From Candidatus Eiseniibacteriota bacterium (GTDB lineage Bacteria; Eisenbacteria; RBG-16-71-46; CAIMUX01): a stretch of DNA of 64,000 bases. Below are positions 1 to 8,807 of the stretch, one piece after another. The DNA is taken from assembly GCA_020633975.1 (NCBI GenBank), contig JACKCR010000006.1, positions 13,100 through 77,099 on the forward strand, in the 5' to 3' direction. Within the stretch, counting starts at the first letter, position 1. Every line of letters starts with the position of its first letter. The translations under genes were made by a program, and so were the position numbers. The notes beneath the pieces are model-generated. The model did not search any database. It saw only the letters and a program-made list of their open reading frames with translations, and was not told the DNA's origin.

Positions 1-125
1 GGGAGGGAGGCGTCCCTGCGACCCTCGTAGGGCTCGCGCTCATGCTCGTGGTCATGTTCCCGCTCGCGCTCTGGTTCGGCCGGGTCAAGCGGCGGAGCCG
101 GAACTACCTGATTCGGATGATCTGA
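1..125 (+). CDS. 3' end of a membrane-protein gene (partial; starts upstream of the window)
   Basis: Frame 3 reads EGGVPATLVGLALMLVVMFPLALWFGRVKRRSRNYLIRMI, then TGA at 123-125. This is a hydrophobic helix followed by a basic tail. It is absent from the ORF track because it has no start in the window. Confidence 0.35.
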   Translation, partial: EGGVPATLVGLALMLVVMFPLALWFGRVKRRSRNYLIRMI

Positions 126-129
126 GATG

Positions 130-675
130 CTAGCTCGTATGGAGTACTTCGAACGCTCGCTCTGCGATCAACTCGCGGAAGACGTAGACGCGGAGGCTGT
201 AGCTGCCCGGATCTCGTCGGTCCGCGGGGAGGCTGATCCGACTCGAGAGAGTCGAGGCCGAGTCACTCGGCGTGTACTCGATCCGCTTCGTGAAGAACGA
301 ACTCTCGTCGGGGCCGATCCAGACGAGATGGACGTCCAGGGGACGATCGCCGAGCCCGGACTGGTTCTCCAGATCGACATAGGCGTAGACCTTGGCGTCG
401 TCGTCCGCAGTGAATACGTCGCTCACCGCTCGTCTCCGGCCGGACTTCGTCTCGGACTTGCCGCAGAACGTGATGCTGGCCTCGATGCCTCCAGGTTCCT
501 TTGCCGCGCGGATCAAGGTCGAATCGGCCGTCAGCGTGGGAGTTTCCGAACGGCTGGAGCAACCCGATGAGGTCAGCTGCAGGAGAACGAACGTCGTCAG
601 TGAGAGAACGAGCAGCAGGAGCGGCGAGAACCGCGCGAAACGTCGACGTCCATACCTCACGATTGGATTCCGCAT
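130..675 (-). CDS. Putative lipoprotein, function unknown
   Basis: ORF 130..741. The internal ATG at 675 is preceded by GAGGAGG. Signal sequence RFARFSPLLLLVLSLTTFVLLQLTSSGC has a lipobox-like SSGC. Divergent from pgsB. Confidence 0.6.
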   Translation of the reverse strand: MRNPIVRYGRRRFARFSPLLLLVLSLTTFVLLQLTSSGCSSRSETPTLTADSTLIRAAKEPGGIEASITFCGKSETKSGRRRAVSDVFTADDDAKVYAYVDLENQSGLGDRPLDVHLVWIGPDESSFFTKRIEYTPSDSASTLSSRISLPADRRDPGSYSLRVYVFRELIAERAFEVLHTS

Positions 676-754
676 CTGTCCTCCTCGGCCCGCGCGGGTA
701 CTCACATCCGCGGGCATCCGCCGCGAATGAGTGTAGGACAAGTGGGAGCAAGCG

Positions 755-2002
755 ATGAAGACGTTCCTACTTCTGCTCGGGTTCGTCCTGGCCTACTGGA
801 CGGTCGAAGCGCTCCGGCTCCGGCGCGCGCTGAGACACGTTCCGATCCGGATCCACGTCAACGGGAGCCGGGGCAAGTCGTCCGTCACACGCCTCATCGC
901 GGCGGGGCTGAGAGAAGCGGGGGTCCGCACGGTGGCGAAGACCACGGGGACCAAGGCCCGGTTCATCCACTCTGACGGGACCGAAGAGCCGATCATCCGG
1001 CTCGGTTCCCCCAACATCTGCGAACAGGTCGGCGTACTCGATCGAGCCCGAAAGGAAGGGGCCGAGGCCATCGTCATGGAGTGCATGGCGATCCGTCCCG
1101 ATCTCCAGAAGACCACGGAGGAGAGAATCCTCCACTCCACGATCGGTGTGATCACGAATGTCAGGCCGGACCACCTCGACGTCATGGGACCGACGGTGAA
1201 AGACGCAGCCGTCGCTTTGTCGGCGACCCTTCCTCGCGACGGCGTCGCTTTCATCGGCCGAACCGATCATCTCGAAGTGATGCAGAGCGCCGCGCGGCGT
1301 CGGCGGACACGGCTCTCCACCGCACGGCACGAGATCGTGCCGCCGCACGCGATGGAGGGGTTCGCGTATCTGGAGCACGAGGAGAACGTCGCGCTCGCTC
1401 TCGAAGTGACTCGAACCATCGGGGTCGACGATGACGTTGCACTCCGTGGCATGCACCGCGTCACTCCCGATCCCGGGGCTTGTACCCGTTGGAGGATCGT
1501 GGTGAACGATCGCGTCGTCGAGTTCTTCAACATCTTCGCCGCGAACGATCTGGAGTCGACGGTCACGATCTGGAACCGGCTCGGCCTGGGCTATCGGCCG
1601 GACTGCCCGTCGATCGCGCTCCTCAATCTTCGCGGGGATCGGATCGATCGGAGCCTCCAGTTTGCCGAAGCGATCGAGAAGGATCTGCTGGCCGACTACT
1701 ACGTCTTGGTCGGGGATCTCTCGCGCACCGTCGTACGCCGGTTCGAGAGCAAGGTGCCGGCGGGTCGACTACTCACCCCGGGTGGGGCCTCTGCCTCCTC
1801 CATTCTCTCTCAGGTCTCGCAGTTCCGCGGCACGGACGCTCCACTGGCCCGGATCCTGGGGCACGGCGAAGAGACGGGCGGACGAACGACTGTCGACGTG
1901 ACGGATCGAGTGCACGTCCGCGTCGGAGGGATCGGGAACATCGGGGGCATCGGACACGAGATCGTCGGACACATTTCCAACGCAGGAGTTCTCGTATGTT
2001 GA
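755..2002 (+). CDS. pgsB: Poly-gamma-glutamate synthase PgsB/CapB (Mur-ligase-like amide ligase)
   Basis: N-terminal TM helix, then IRIHVNGSRGKSSVTRLIAAGLREAGVRTVAKTTGTKARFIH ... ECMAIRPDLQ ... ITNVRPDHLDVMGPT. This is colinear with Bacillus PgsB (VNINGIRGKSTVTRL ... ECMAVNPDYQ ... VNVLEDHMDVMGPT). Confidence 0.9.
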   Translation: MKTFLLLLGFVLAYWTVEALRLRRALRHVPIRIHVNGSRGKSSVTRLIAAGLREAGVRTVAKTTGTKARFIHSDGTEEPIIRLGSPNICEQVGVLDRARKEGAEAIVMECMAIRPDLQKTTEERILHSTIGVITNVRPDHLDVMGPTVKDAAVALSATLPRDGVAFIGRTDHLEVMQSAARRRRTRLSTARHEIVPPHAMEGFAYLEHEENVALALEVTRTIGVDDDVALRGMHRVTPDPGACTRWRIVVNDRVVEFFNIFAANDLESTVTIWNRLGLGYRPDCPSIALLNLRGDRIDRSLQFAEAIEKDLLADYYVLVGDLSRTVVRRFESKVPAGRLLTPGGASASSILSQVSQFRGTDAPLARILGHGEETGGRTTVDVTDRVHVRVGGIGNIGGIGHEIVGHISNAGVLVC

Positions 2003-2460
2003 TCGCGGAAGCCATTGGTCTCGGCCTCGTGGCGAGCCTCCTCTTCACCGAGGCGGTTGGCTTTGCCGCCGGCGGCTTCGTCGTCCCCGGCTACATCGCG
2101 CTCTTCCTCGATCATCCTCTTCGGCTGCTCGGGACGGTCATTGCCGCCGTGGCCGCGTTTGCGTGCCTCAAGGTCGTCGGCCGGTTCCTCATCATCTACG
2201 GACGTAGGAGCCTCGTCCTCGCGGTGCTTCTCGGCTTCACGTTCGGGCACCTGACATCGCGAATCCCGGACCTCGGGATCCTCCCGGGCGACTACGAGTT
2301 CGCCGCGATCGGATACATCATCCCCGGACTCCTCGCCTACTGGATGTCCCGGCAGGGCATCTTCCGCACTCTCGCAGCGATGCTCGTGGCCGCCGTCCTC
2401 GTTCGTCTCTCGCTCATCGTCCTACACGGGGGTTCCCTCCTTGAAACGCATCTTCTCTAG
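1996..2460 (+). CDS. pgsC: Poly-gamma-glutamate biosynthesis membrane protein PgsC/CapC
   Basis: Internal ATG of ORF 1480..2460, residue 173, overlapping the pgsB stop by 7 nt. The 154-aa polytopic protein has VVPGYIALFL ... YGRRSLVLAVLLG ... GYIIPGLLAYW, matching the Bacillus PgsC pattern (VVPGYLGLVF ... YGRRKF ... GIIVPGLIAN). Confidence 0.88.
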   Translation: MLIAEAIGLGLVASLLFTEAVGFAAGGFVVPGYIALFLDHPLRLLGTVIAAVAAFACLKVVGRFLIIYGRRSLVLAVLLGFTFGHLTSRIPDLGILPGDYEFAAIGYIIPGLLAYWMSRQGIFRTLAAMLVAAVLVRLSLIVLHGGSLLETHLL

Positions 2461-3679
2461 CTCCGTCCCGTGGTCCCAACGGGCCGACGTGTTTCTCTTC
2501 GCTCTGGCCCTGATCGGAGTCTTGTTCCATGTGCTGGGCGAATCGACACGACGCTTGCGTCCCGAACCCTACCTGCAGGAGAAAATGTCGGCCGCGACGA
2601 GAGCGGTCCGTTGCTTCGAGGTGATTCGGGAACATCGCCTCGGGACCCCGGTGGTCGTCGACCTGGTCAACGACCCGGAGGGAAGTGGGCTCATCGGGGA
2701 GGAGTTCACTCTGACCACGACCGATCGCGGGATCCTCGATTCCAAGCTCACATCGGTCAATCCGAACTTCGCAGCGCTCTTCGTCGAGTACTTCGAGGAT
2801 CTGGGCTTGGAACCGGGAGATCCGGTTGCGATCGCCATGACCGGGTCCTTTCCGGCACTCAACATCTGCGCGCTCGTGGCCGCCGAGGAACTCTCGCTCC
2901 TACCGCTTCCGATCACGTCGGTCGGCGCGAGCATGTGGGGGGCCAACGATCCCAGCTTCACCTGGCTCGACATGGAGACCCTCCTCTACGAGCGCGGTCT
3001 GATCCACACGCGCAGCCTCGCCGCGTCACTCGGTGGCAGCAACGACCGCGGCCGCGGGCTCAGTCCCAACGGCCGCTCCTTGCTGGAGGAGGCGATCGAG
3101 CGGAACGGCGTCCCTCTCATCGCCGAGCAGACCCTGGACGAGTCGATCGCGGCTCGCATCGCCATCTTCGATGCAGAAGCGGAACCGCGTGGGATTCGGG
3201 CCTACGTGAACATCGGCGGAGGTTCCGCGAGCATCGGCACGTCCCTCGATGGCGGACTGATCCCGTCGGGGCCGAGCGTCAAGCTCCCGGAGTACAACTG
3301 GACGCAACGCGGGGCGCTCCAGCACTACGGCAAGAGACGGGTTCCGATCGTTCATGTCCTTGGGCTACAGACGATCGCGAAGAGGCACGGCTTCCCCGTC
3401 GCGCCCGAGACCATTCCGACCGTGGGAGAGGGGACGATCTTCCACCAGGAGGTCTACGACCTGAAGGTGGTGGTGCCGTCCCTCTTGCTCTATGCGCTGC
3501 TCTGCTTCGGCCTGCTTCGCTCCCGCAATCGCGCGGAGCGAGCCGCTCGTGAGGGGCTCGTGACGAGCGGTCTCGGACTCGCTCCCGCGGCTCAGGGAGC
3601 GGGCGCGTCTCCCTATCCGATCATTTCCGCCAGCCCCGAGGCGAACCCGGCGACGATCCGATCCGCCCCGACACCATGA
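2441..3679 (+). CDS. Poly-gamma-glutamate system protein (PgsW-like; the third gene of capA-less PGA cassettes)
   Basis: 412 aa with a TTG start overlapping pgsC by 20 nt. It has an N-terminal TM helix, a large soluble domain and a C-terminal TM helix. Position directly after pgsB-pgsC fits the family described as poly-gamma-glutamate system protein. The family call rests on synteny and architecture only. Confidence 0.6.
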   Translation: MKRIFSSSVPWSQRADVFLFALALIGVLFHVLGESTRRLRPEPYLQEKMSAATRAVRCFEVIREHRLGTPVVVDLVNDPEGSGLIGEEFTLTTTDRGILDSKLTSVNPNFAALFVEYFEDLGLEPGDPVAIAMTGSFPALNICALVAAEELSLLPLPITSVGASMWGANDPSFTWLDMETLLYERGLIHTRSLAASLGGSNDRGRGLSPNGRSLLEEAIERNGVPLIAEQTLDESIAARIAIFDAEAEPRGIRAYVNIGGGSASIGTSLDGGLIPSGPSVKLPEYNWTQRGALQHYGKRRVPIVHVLGLQTIAKRHGFPVAPETIPTVGEGTIFHQEVYDLKVVVPSLLLYALLCFGLLRSRNRAERAAREGLVTSGLGLAPAAQGAGASPYPIISASPEANPATIRSAPTP

Positions 3680-3695
3680 GAAGGACGTAGATGGT

Positions 3696-4604
3696 ATGAG
3701 ACGAGTCTTCGGCATTTCGATCGGGTTGGGTCTCCTCTTCCTGTTGGTTGCAGGTACATCCGCCCAGTCCGCGTCCAAACGGATCCTTCCGCAGGGGAGC
3801 CCGGAGAAGATCCACGCTCTCATCGGCAAGAAGTCCAGCACCTATCACGTGGCCACCAGTGCTGCGCCTCTTGCCATCGACATCCAGGGACCGTCTTCGA
3901 TCCGGATCCTCAGTCGATTGCTCCTGGGCTCCGATCCACCAGAAGACCCGATTCTCTATCGCGTCTGCGTGGAGATCGACGGAGTGGTGATCCAGACGGT
4001 GGAGCGGACGGCCACGAGGAGTTCGGATGCGCGTCAGGAGGGAGGGAAGCCCATCGGCTCCCTTGGACGGGCGGTGGTTCGAATCCCAGAAGGTACGCAC
4101 CGGGCACTCATCTATCCCCTGGGAGAGGATACGAGAGTGGCTCTGAGACTCTTCCACGGCGGTACACCCACGTCGAAGGTCAAGTACGTCCCCTTCGCTC
4201 CAGCCTCCTTCGAGCGGCCGATCCTCATCCACAGCGGCGACTCCGAGGCGACCTACTACCGCTTCACTCCCGAGATTCCAGTGACGTTCATGATCAACGG
4301 GCCCGTCCGGATGAAGGCTCTCACGCGGTTGGACTTCAACCACGAGCGCGGGTACTCGAAGAGCTACGCGATCCAGATCTCCATCGACGGCACTCTCCAC
4401 CGAACCTCGAGACTGACGGCCAAGGCGAGTGCCACATCGATCTACCCAGACCTTCCCGACATCACTCCGGGCGTCGGCAAGACGTTCTACCTCGACGTTC
4501 CCGAAGGACGGCACGAGATCGCGATCGCGCTCACGAACACGACGGCGAATGCGGCTGCGATCCGGCTCCTCATTCCGAAGAAGGCGGTGACGAACGGTCC
4601 GTAG
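3696..4604 (+). CDS. Secreted hypothetical protein, fourth gene of the PGA cluster
   Basis: 302 aa. Signal peptide MRRVFGISIGLGLLFLLVAGTSAQS. Starts 17 nt after the preceding stop, on the same strand. I recognise no motif. Confidence 0.6.
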   Translation: MRRVFGISIGLGLLFLLVAGTSAQSASKRILPQGSPEKIHALIGKKSSTYHVATSAAPLAIDIQGPSSIRILSRLLLGSDPPEDPILYRVCVEIDGVVIQTVERTATRSSDARQEGGKPIGSLGRAVVRIPEGTHRALIYPLGEDTRVALRLFHGGTPTSKVKYVPFAPASFERPILIHSGDSEATYYRFTPEIPVTFMINGPVRMKALTRLDFNHERGYSKSYAIQISIDGTLHRTSRLTAKASATSIYPDLPDITPGVGKTFYLDVPEGRHEIAIALTNTTANAAAIRLLIPKKAVTNGP

Positions 4605-4684
4605 TGAGCCTCGTGCAGCAGCTTCCCGACACCATGAACCGAAGTCCCAGCCCGCGGAGCCGCCGGGTGAAGATCAGAAACGGC

Positions 4685-4882
4685 TCAGCTTCGGGCATGG
4701 AGGAAGATCTCCCTCACGCGCGCCTGGATCTCTTCTTCGCTCCAATCCGGATGCTGCTGCCGCAGGGCCGTCGCCTTGAGCCGACGGGCGGACCAGTAGA
4801 GCCGGAACGACGCACGGATCTTCTCCTCGCCGGACATCCGGCGGAGGGTGGCTACGTACTCCGGTGTGAGCTTCGATCCCAT
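4685..4882 (-). CDS. Small hypothetical protein (65 aa)
   Basis: Clean ATG ORF with ordinary, helical-looking amino-acid composition (EEKIRASFRLYWSARRLKATALRQQHPDWSEEEIQARV). No overlapping better ORF. Confidence 0.45.
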   Translation of the reverse strand: MGSKLTPEYVATLRRMSGEEKIRASFRLYWSARRLKATALRQQHPDWSEEEIQARVREIFLHARS

Positions 4883-5045
4883 GGGCGGAGGATAGTTCGC
4901 CGTTTCATTTCGGCCAAGGCACTTCGTTTGTGTGCCGCTCGAACTCTCCGCTCTAAGATACCCTGGCGAGTTCGCGGCGGCCTACAGTCTTCGCTTGGCC
5001 GATCCCGATTCGTAACAACGCGAGATTGGACCTCGTGAGGAGCGT

Positions 5046-5855
5046 ATGAACCCTGACGGAACGGCGGTCTTCTTCTACGGACTCTTCATGGACGAGTCTC
5101 TACTCGGCGCGAAGGGAATCCGCGCCCCGAAACCGAGAGTCGGATACGTCGACGGCTATGGCCTTCAGATCGGGCAGCGCGCCACGCTGGTCCCGGAGCC
5201 GCCCGCCCGCACGTACGGCGTCCTCATGATGCTCGAGGCGTCGGATGTAGGCGAGCTGTACTCGGGGGAGGGCGTCTCCGACTACGTGCCGGAGACGGTT
5301 TCCGTAGTCCTCGCTGATGGTTCCGTCGAGTCCGCGACCTGTTACAACCTGCCAGCGTCTGCGCTCCAGGGTACGAATCCGGAGTACGCGCGCTCGCTCC
5401 TCGATCTGGCGGGTAGGTTGGGCTTGCCGGAGGAGCATCTCCAGCGGATCCGCGAGCAGTCGGAGAGCAGGGCGTTTCCCGAGGAGTTTCTCAGGTTCCT
5501 GAGGGAGAACACTCTCGCCGAGATCCGGGTCGGTCCCGATCGGGAGACGTTCCTCGAGATCTGGATGGTAGAAGTGTCAGGCCGGATCTTCGCGCGCAGC
5601 TGGAACCGAAGCCTGTCCGGCTGGTTCGGTCAGCTCGTGCGCGGCGCGACGGGAGAGGTGCGGTTCGGCGAGACGACGATGCCGATCTCGGGAGAGTCGC
5701 TACCGGCCCAGTCGCCCTTGATGAGCGCGATCGACCGAGCCTATCTAGAGCGCTTCACACAGCCCTACAACGTGCCTTACGCAGAGGCGATCTCCAAGCC
5801 GGAGTATCATGCCTACACGGTCGAGATCCTGCCGATACGAGCCGGTCTGTCCTAG
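5046..5855 (+). CDS. Gamma-glutamylcyclotransferase-like (AIG2/GGCT fold) N-domain fused to a DUF2255-like C-domain
   Basis: N-terminus VFFYGLFMDESLL ... YGVLMML resembles the YGxLM core of GGCT-like proteins. C-terminal half (LEIWMVEVSGRIFARSWNRSLSGWF ... GEVRFG) resembles the DUF2255 pattern. Confidence 0.6.
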   Translation: MNPDGTAVFFYGLFMDESLLGAKGIRAPKPRVGYVDGYGLQIGQRATLVPEPPARTYGVLMMLEASDVGELYSGEGVSDYVPETVSVVLADGSVESATCYNLPASALQGTNPEYARSLLDLAGRLGLPEEHLQRIREQSESRAFPEEFLRFLRENTLAEIRVGPDRETFLEIWMVEVSGRIFARSWNRSLSGWFGQLVRGATGEVRFGETTMPISGESLPAQSPLMSAIDRAYLERFTQPYNVPYAEAISKPEYHAYTVEILPIRAGLS

Positions 5856-5981
5856 ACTCAATGGCTCTTCGATGGACGTTCCGCGTGTCCAGATGGTAGG
5901 ATCCGCCTCGCGATTTCAAGTGCTGGCCCGCCTCCTTCGCTTCCCTCCCGTATCCGCCAGCCGTACACAGGAGGTCCGTCC

Positions 5982-6935
5982 ATGAAGAGCTTCCGTTCCC
6001 GATCTTCGGCTTCCATCTCGTCGTTGGTGCCGCTCTCGGCACTCCTGTCGATCGTTCTCATCGGCCTGATGCTACCCCTCGTTGCCTTCGCGCAGGACGC
6101 GGCGGTCGAAGAGGACGACACCGAAGGGTTCGGAGTCGAGTGGACTCCGGGGCCGTTCCGTGCCGCGTTGGGCAAGGACCTGGCCGAGATCGATGTGCCG
6201 GAGGGGTACCTCTTCTGCGGGGCGGAAGATACCCAGCGGCTCATGGAGTACATGGGGAACCCGATCTCCGGATCCGAGCTGGGAACGCTGGTCCCGGTCT
6301 CGGAGGATGCGGACTGGCTCATCGTCTTCGAGTTCGCGGACGCGGGTTACGTGCGGGACACCGACAAGGACGACATCGATGCGGGGAAGCTCCTCAAGCA
6401 GATCCGAAAGGGGAACGAGGGGGCCAACGAGTACAGGCGCGAACACGGCGTTCCCCCGCTCCAGATCACGGGCTGGCAGACCGAGCCGTACTATGACGAC
6501 CAGTCGCACAACCTCGTCTGGTCTCTTCTCGCCACGAGTGAGAACCACAATGTCGCGAACCACAACACCCGGGTGCTCGGCCGTACCGGGTACATGTCCG
6601 TGACGATCGTAGCGACTCCTGACCAAACGGCTGCGATCGCGTCGGAGGTCGAGCCGATCATGAACAGCTTCGCCTACGTTCCGGGGAAGCAGTACGCGGA
6701 GTACAAGGAGGGCGATCGCCTCGCTCAGTATGGTCTCGGCGCTCTCGTTGTCGGGGGCGCAGGTGTCGCCGCTGCGAAGCTCGGGCTGTTCGCCGTGTTG
6801 GCCAAGTTCCTGGCGAAGGCCTGGAAGCTCCTCGTGGCGGCCGTCTTTGCGATCGGTGCGTTCCTCCGCCGGCTCTTTGGTGGTCGTTCCGGGAGTTCGA
6901 CCCCGTCTGCGCCGACGCAGTCGCCTCAGGCTTGA
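5982..6935 (+). CDS. DUF2167-like membrane-anchored protein
   Basis: 317 aa. Signal/TM at the N-terminus, a soluble domain (ITGWQTEPYYDDQSHNLVWSL ... NTRVLGRTGYMSVTIVA) and C-terminal hydrophobic helices. This is the typical layout of COG4929/DUF2167. Confidence 0.6.
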   Translation: MKSFRSRSSASISSLVPLSALLSIVLIGLMLPLVAFAQDAAVEEDDTEGFGVEWTPGPFRAALGKDLAEIDVPEGYLFCGAEDTQRLMEYMGNPISGSELGTLVPVSEDADWLIVFEFADAGYVRDTDKDDIDAGKLLKQIRKGNEGANEYRREHGVPPLQITGWQTEPYYDDQSHNLVWSLLATSENHNVANHNTRVLGRTGYMSVTIVATPDQTAAIASEVEPIMNSFAYVPGKQYAEYKEGDRLAQYGLGALVVGGAGVAAAKLGLFAVLAKFLAKAWKLLVAAVFAIGAFLRRLFGGRSGSSTPSAPTQSPQA

Positions 6936-6952
6936 TTGGACGGGTTCGCTGA

Positions 6953-8071
6953 ATGAGCTTCCGCCTCTTCTTCGCCGAGGCGCTGCCGTATCTTCTGGCG
7001 TTCTACCTTCTCGATGGCGTGCGGAGGGTCCGGCCCCACCATCGACTCTTTGCCGCTTGGTGGGGCGATCGGTTCCGCATGGGAACCGGCGGACTACGGC
7101 TCGCGTTGGTTACGCCTGCGTCCCGCAACTTCACCGTGCCGTTCCACTGGATCATACCGGGTCGTACGGCAGTGTTCGTTCCACGCGATCCACGGTACGA
7201 GACGGATCACACGGATCCGCGGTTCTACCGGCGGATCTCGTATGAGGAACTCACCGAGCTTTCCCTGATTGGTCGATCGATCGAGTGCCGAGGCGAGACA
7301 GTGATCGAGTTCGAGGCGCCGGTTCTCGCAGCGGACGCCTACCAACGACTCGTCCGTCTCCGAAATCTGGAGGAAGACGCGCGCGATGCAGAAGTGCGGG
7401 CCGAGGTCGAGCGATCGCTGTCCTGGGACCTAGCCCTAGCGCGACGCGATGAAGTGAACCGGGCCACTGGCGCGCTGCGTTTCGCCGCCTGGGTCGCTCT
7501 TTCGTTGCTGTTCGGACTCCTGCCGCTCTACGCATTCGGCAGAGGTTCGGGAGTGGTTTCCGGGATGGCCTTGGGATGCCTTCTCTTCATAGCGTACTCG
7601 GCGATCCTCGTTCTCGGTCTCCGGGCGGAACGGTCTCTCTCCTCCGGACCACGCGATTGGGGGAAGCTGCTCCCGATGCTCCTCTCTCCGGTCACGGCCC
7701 TCCATGCCGGTGCCGAGATCGGCCGCCATGCATTCCTCGGATTCGACATCGCCGTGGTTGGTGCGGTCCTCCTGCCGGAAGGGGTAAGGGAGACGTTCCT
7801 ACGGCGAGAGATCCGTAGGTGCGAGCTGGCGGCACTCGAAACCGGTCCCGATGCGAACGTCTACTGGGAGAGCCGGGTCGACGCTCTGGAAAAGATCGCG
7901 GTGATGCTCGGTCTCCGTGCGGAGCATCTCGAGTCGGGTCCGTCGGACGTCGCGGTCGGGAGTGCCTACTGTCCCCTCTGCGAGACGGAGTATCGTTCGG
8001 GTGTCGCGTACTGTGCGGACTGCCGTGTCCCGCTCCGGATCAAGGGGCCCGGCGCATCGGACGTCGTGTGA
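6953..8071 (+). CDS. Hypothetical membrane protein with a C-terminal zinc-ribbon
   Basis: 372 aa. Central TM helices (FAAWVALSLLFGLLPLYAF, GMALGCLLFIAYSAILVLGL). C-terminal CPLCETEYRSGVAYCADCRVPL is a CxxC-N12-CxxC motif. Starts 18 nt after the DUF2167 gene. Confidence 0.55.
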   Translation: MSFRLFFAEALPYLLAFYLLDGVRRVRPHHRLFAAWWGDRFRMGTGGLRLALVTPASRNFTVPFHWIIPGRTAVFVPRDPRYETDHTDPRFYRRISYEELTELSLIGRSIECRGETVIEFEAPVLAADAYQRLVRLRNLEEDARDAEVRAEVERSLSWDLALARRDEVNRATGALRFAAWVALSLLFGLLPLYAFGRGSGVVSGMALGCLLFIAYSAILVLGLRAERSLSSGPRDWGKLLPMLLSPVTALHAGAEIGRHAFLGFDIAVVGAVLLPEGVRETFLRREIRRCELAALETGPDANVYWESRVDALEKIAVMLGLRAEHLESGPSDVAVGSAYCPLCETEYRSGVAYCADCRVPLRIKGPGASDVV

Positions 8072-8171
8072 CTGAACGGAGTGCCGGGATGCATCGGCTC
8101 GCATGGGTTGTCGTCGTCTTGGCCATCGTCGAGGCGGGTTGGTTCGCGGTATGAGTAGGGAGGGGGAGGCA

Positions 8172-8783
8172 ATGCGGATCCTTGGTGTGGTGGTGCTCGT
8201 ACTGACGCTGATGGGTACCGCGGTTCTCGCGGAGGACGGCGATACGTTCCGCAGTGCGACGGCCGGATTCGAGGTGACGAAACCTACCGACTGGCAGTAC
8301 CTCACGGCCGAGGAGAACCAGGAGAATCTGAGCCGTATCGAGCTGAGTGACGAGGAGCTTCGCGCTGCACTCCTGAAGTACGCGACCGTCCCGCTCGTAG
8401 CGACGACGAAGCACCCCGAGCCGTTCGACGACCTCAACCCCAGCTTTCGCGTCAACATGAGGCCATTGGGGGAACTCGCTGCCCTTCCTGCAACGGAAGT
8501 GCTCGGTGCATTCCTTCCGCAGTTCGAGCAGTTGTTCGAGGAGTTCGAACTGGCTGAGGGGCCGGTCGAGACCGAAGTCTCCGGACTCCCCGCCGCATAC
8601 GTGAGGATGAACTACACCCTGCGGACCGGTGACGATCTCACCTTCCCGACCTGCTCCGAGCTCTGGATCGTGCCAAGGGGCGAGTTCTTCTTCATGATCG
8701 GAGCGGGTACCCGGCAGGACGAAGCGACAGGCACCCGGAAGGAGATCCACGACATACTGAAGTCGGTGAAGATCGAACACTGA
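8172..8783 (+). CDS. Secreted hypothetical protein
   Basis: Internal ATG of ORF 8103..8783, preceded by GGGAGGGGGAGG. Signal peptide MRILGVVVLVLTLMGTAVLA. Confidence 0.55.
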   Translation: MRILGVVVLVLTLMGTAVLAEDGDTFRSATAGFEVTKPTDWQYLTAEENQENLSRIELSDEELRAALLKYATVPLVATTKHPEPFDDLNPSFRVNMRPLGELAALPATEVLGAFLPQFEQLFEEFELAEGPVETEVSGLPAAYVRMNYTLRTGDDLTFPTCSELWIVPRGEFFFMIGAGTRQDEATGTRKEIHDILKSVKIEH

Positions 8784-8807
8784 CGGAGCTGTCGTCGCGG
8801 CGCCGCC

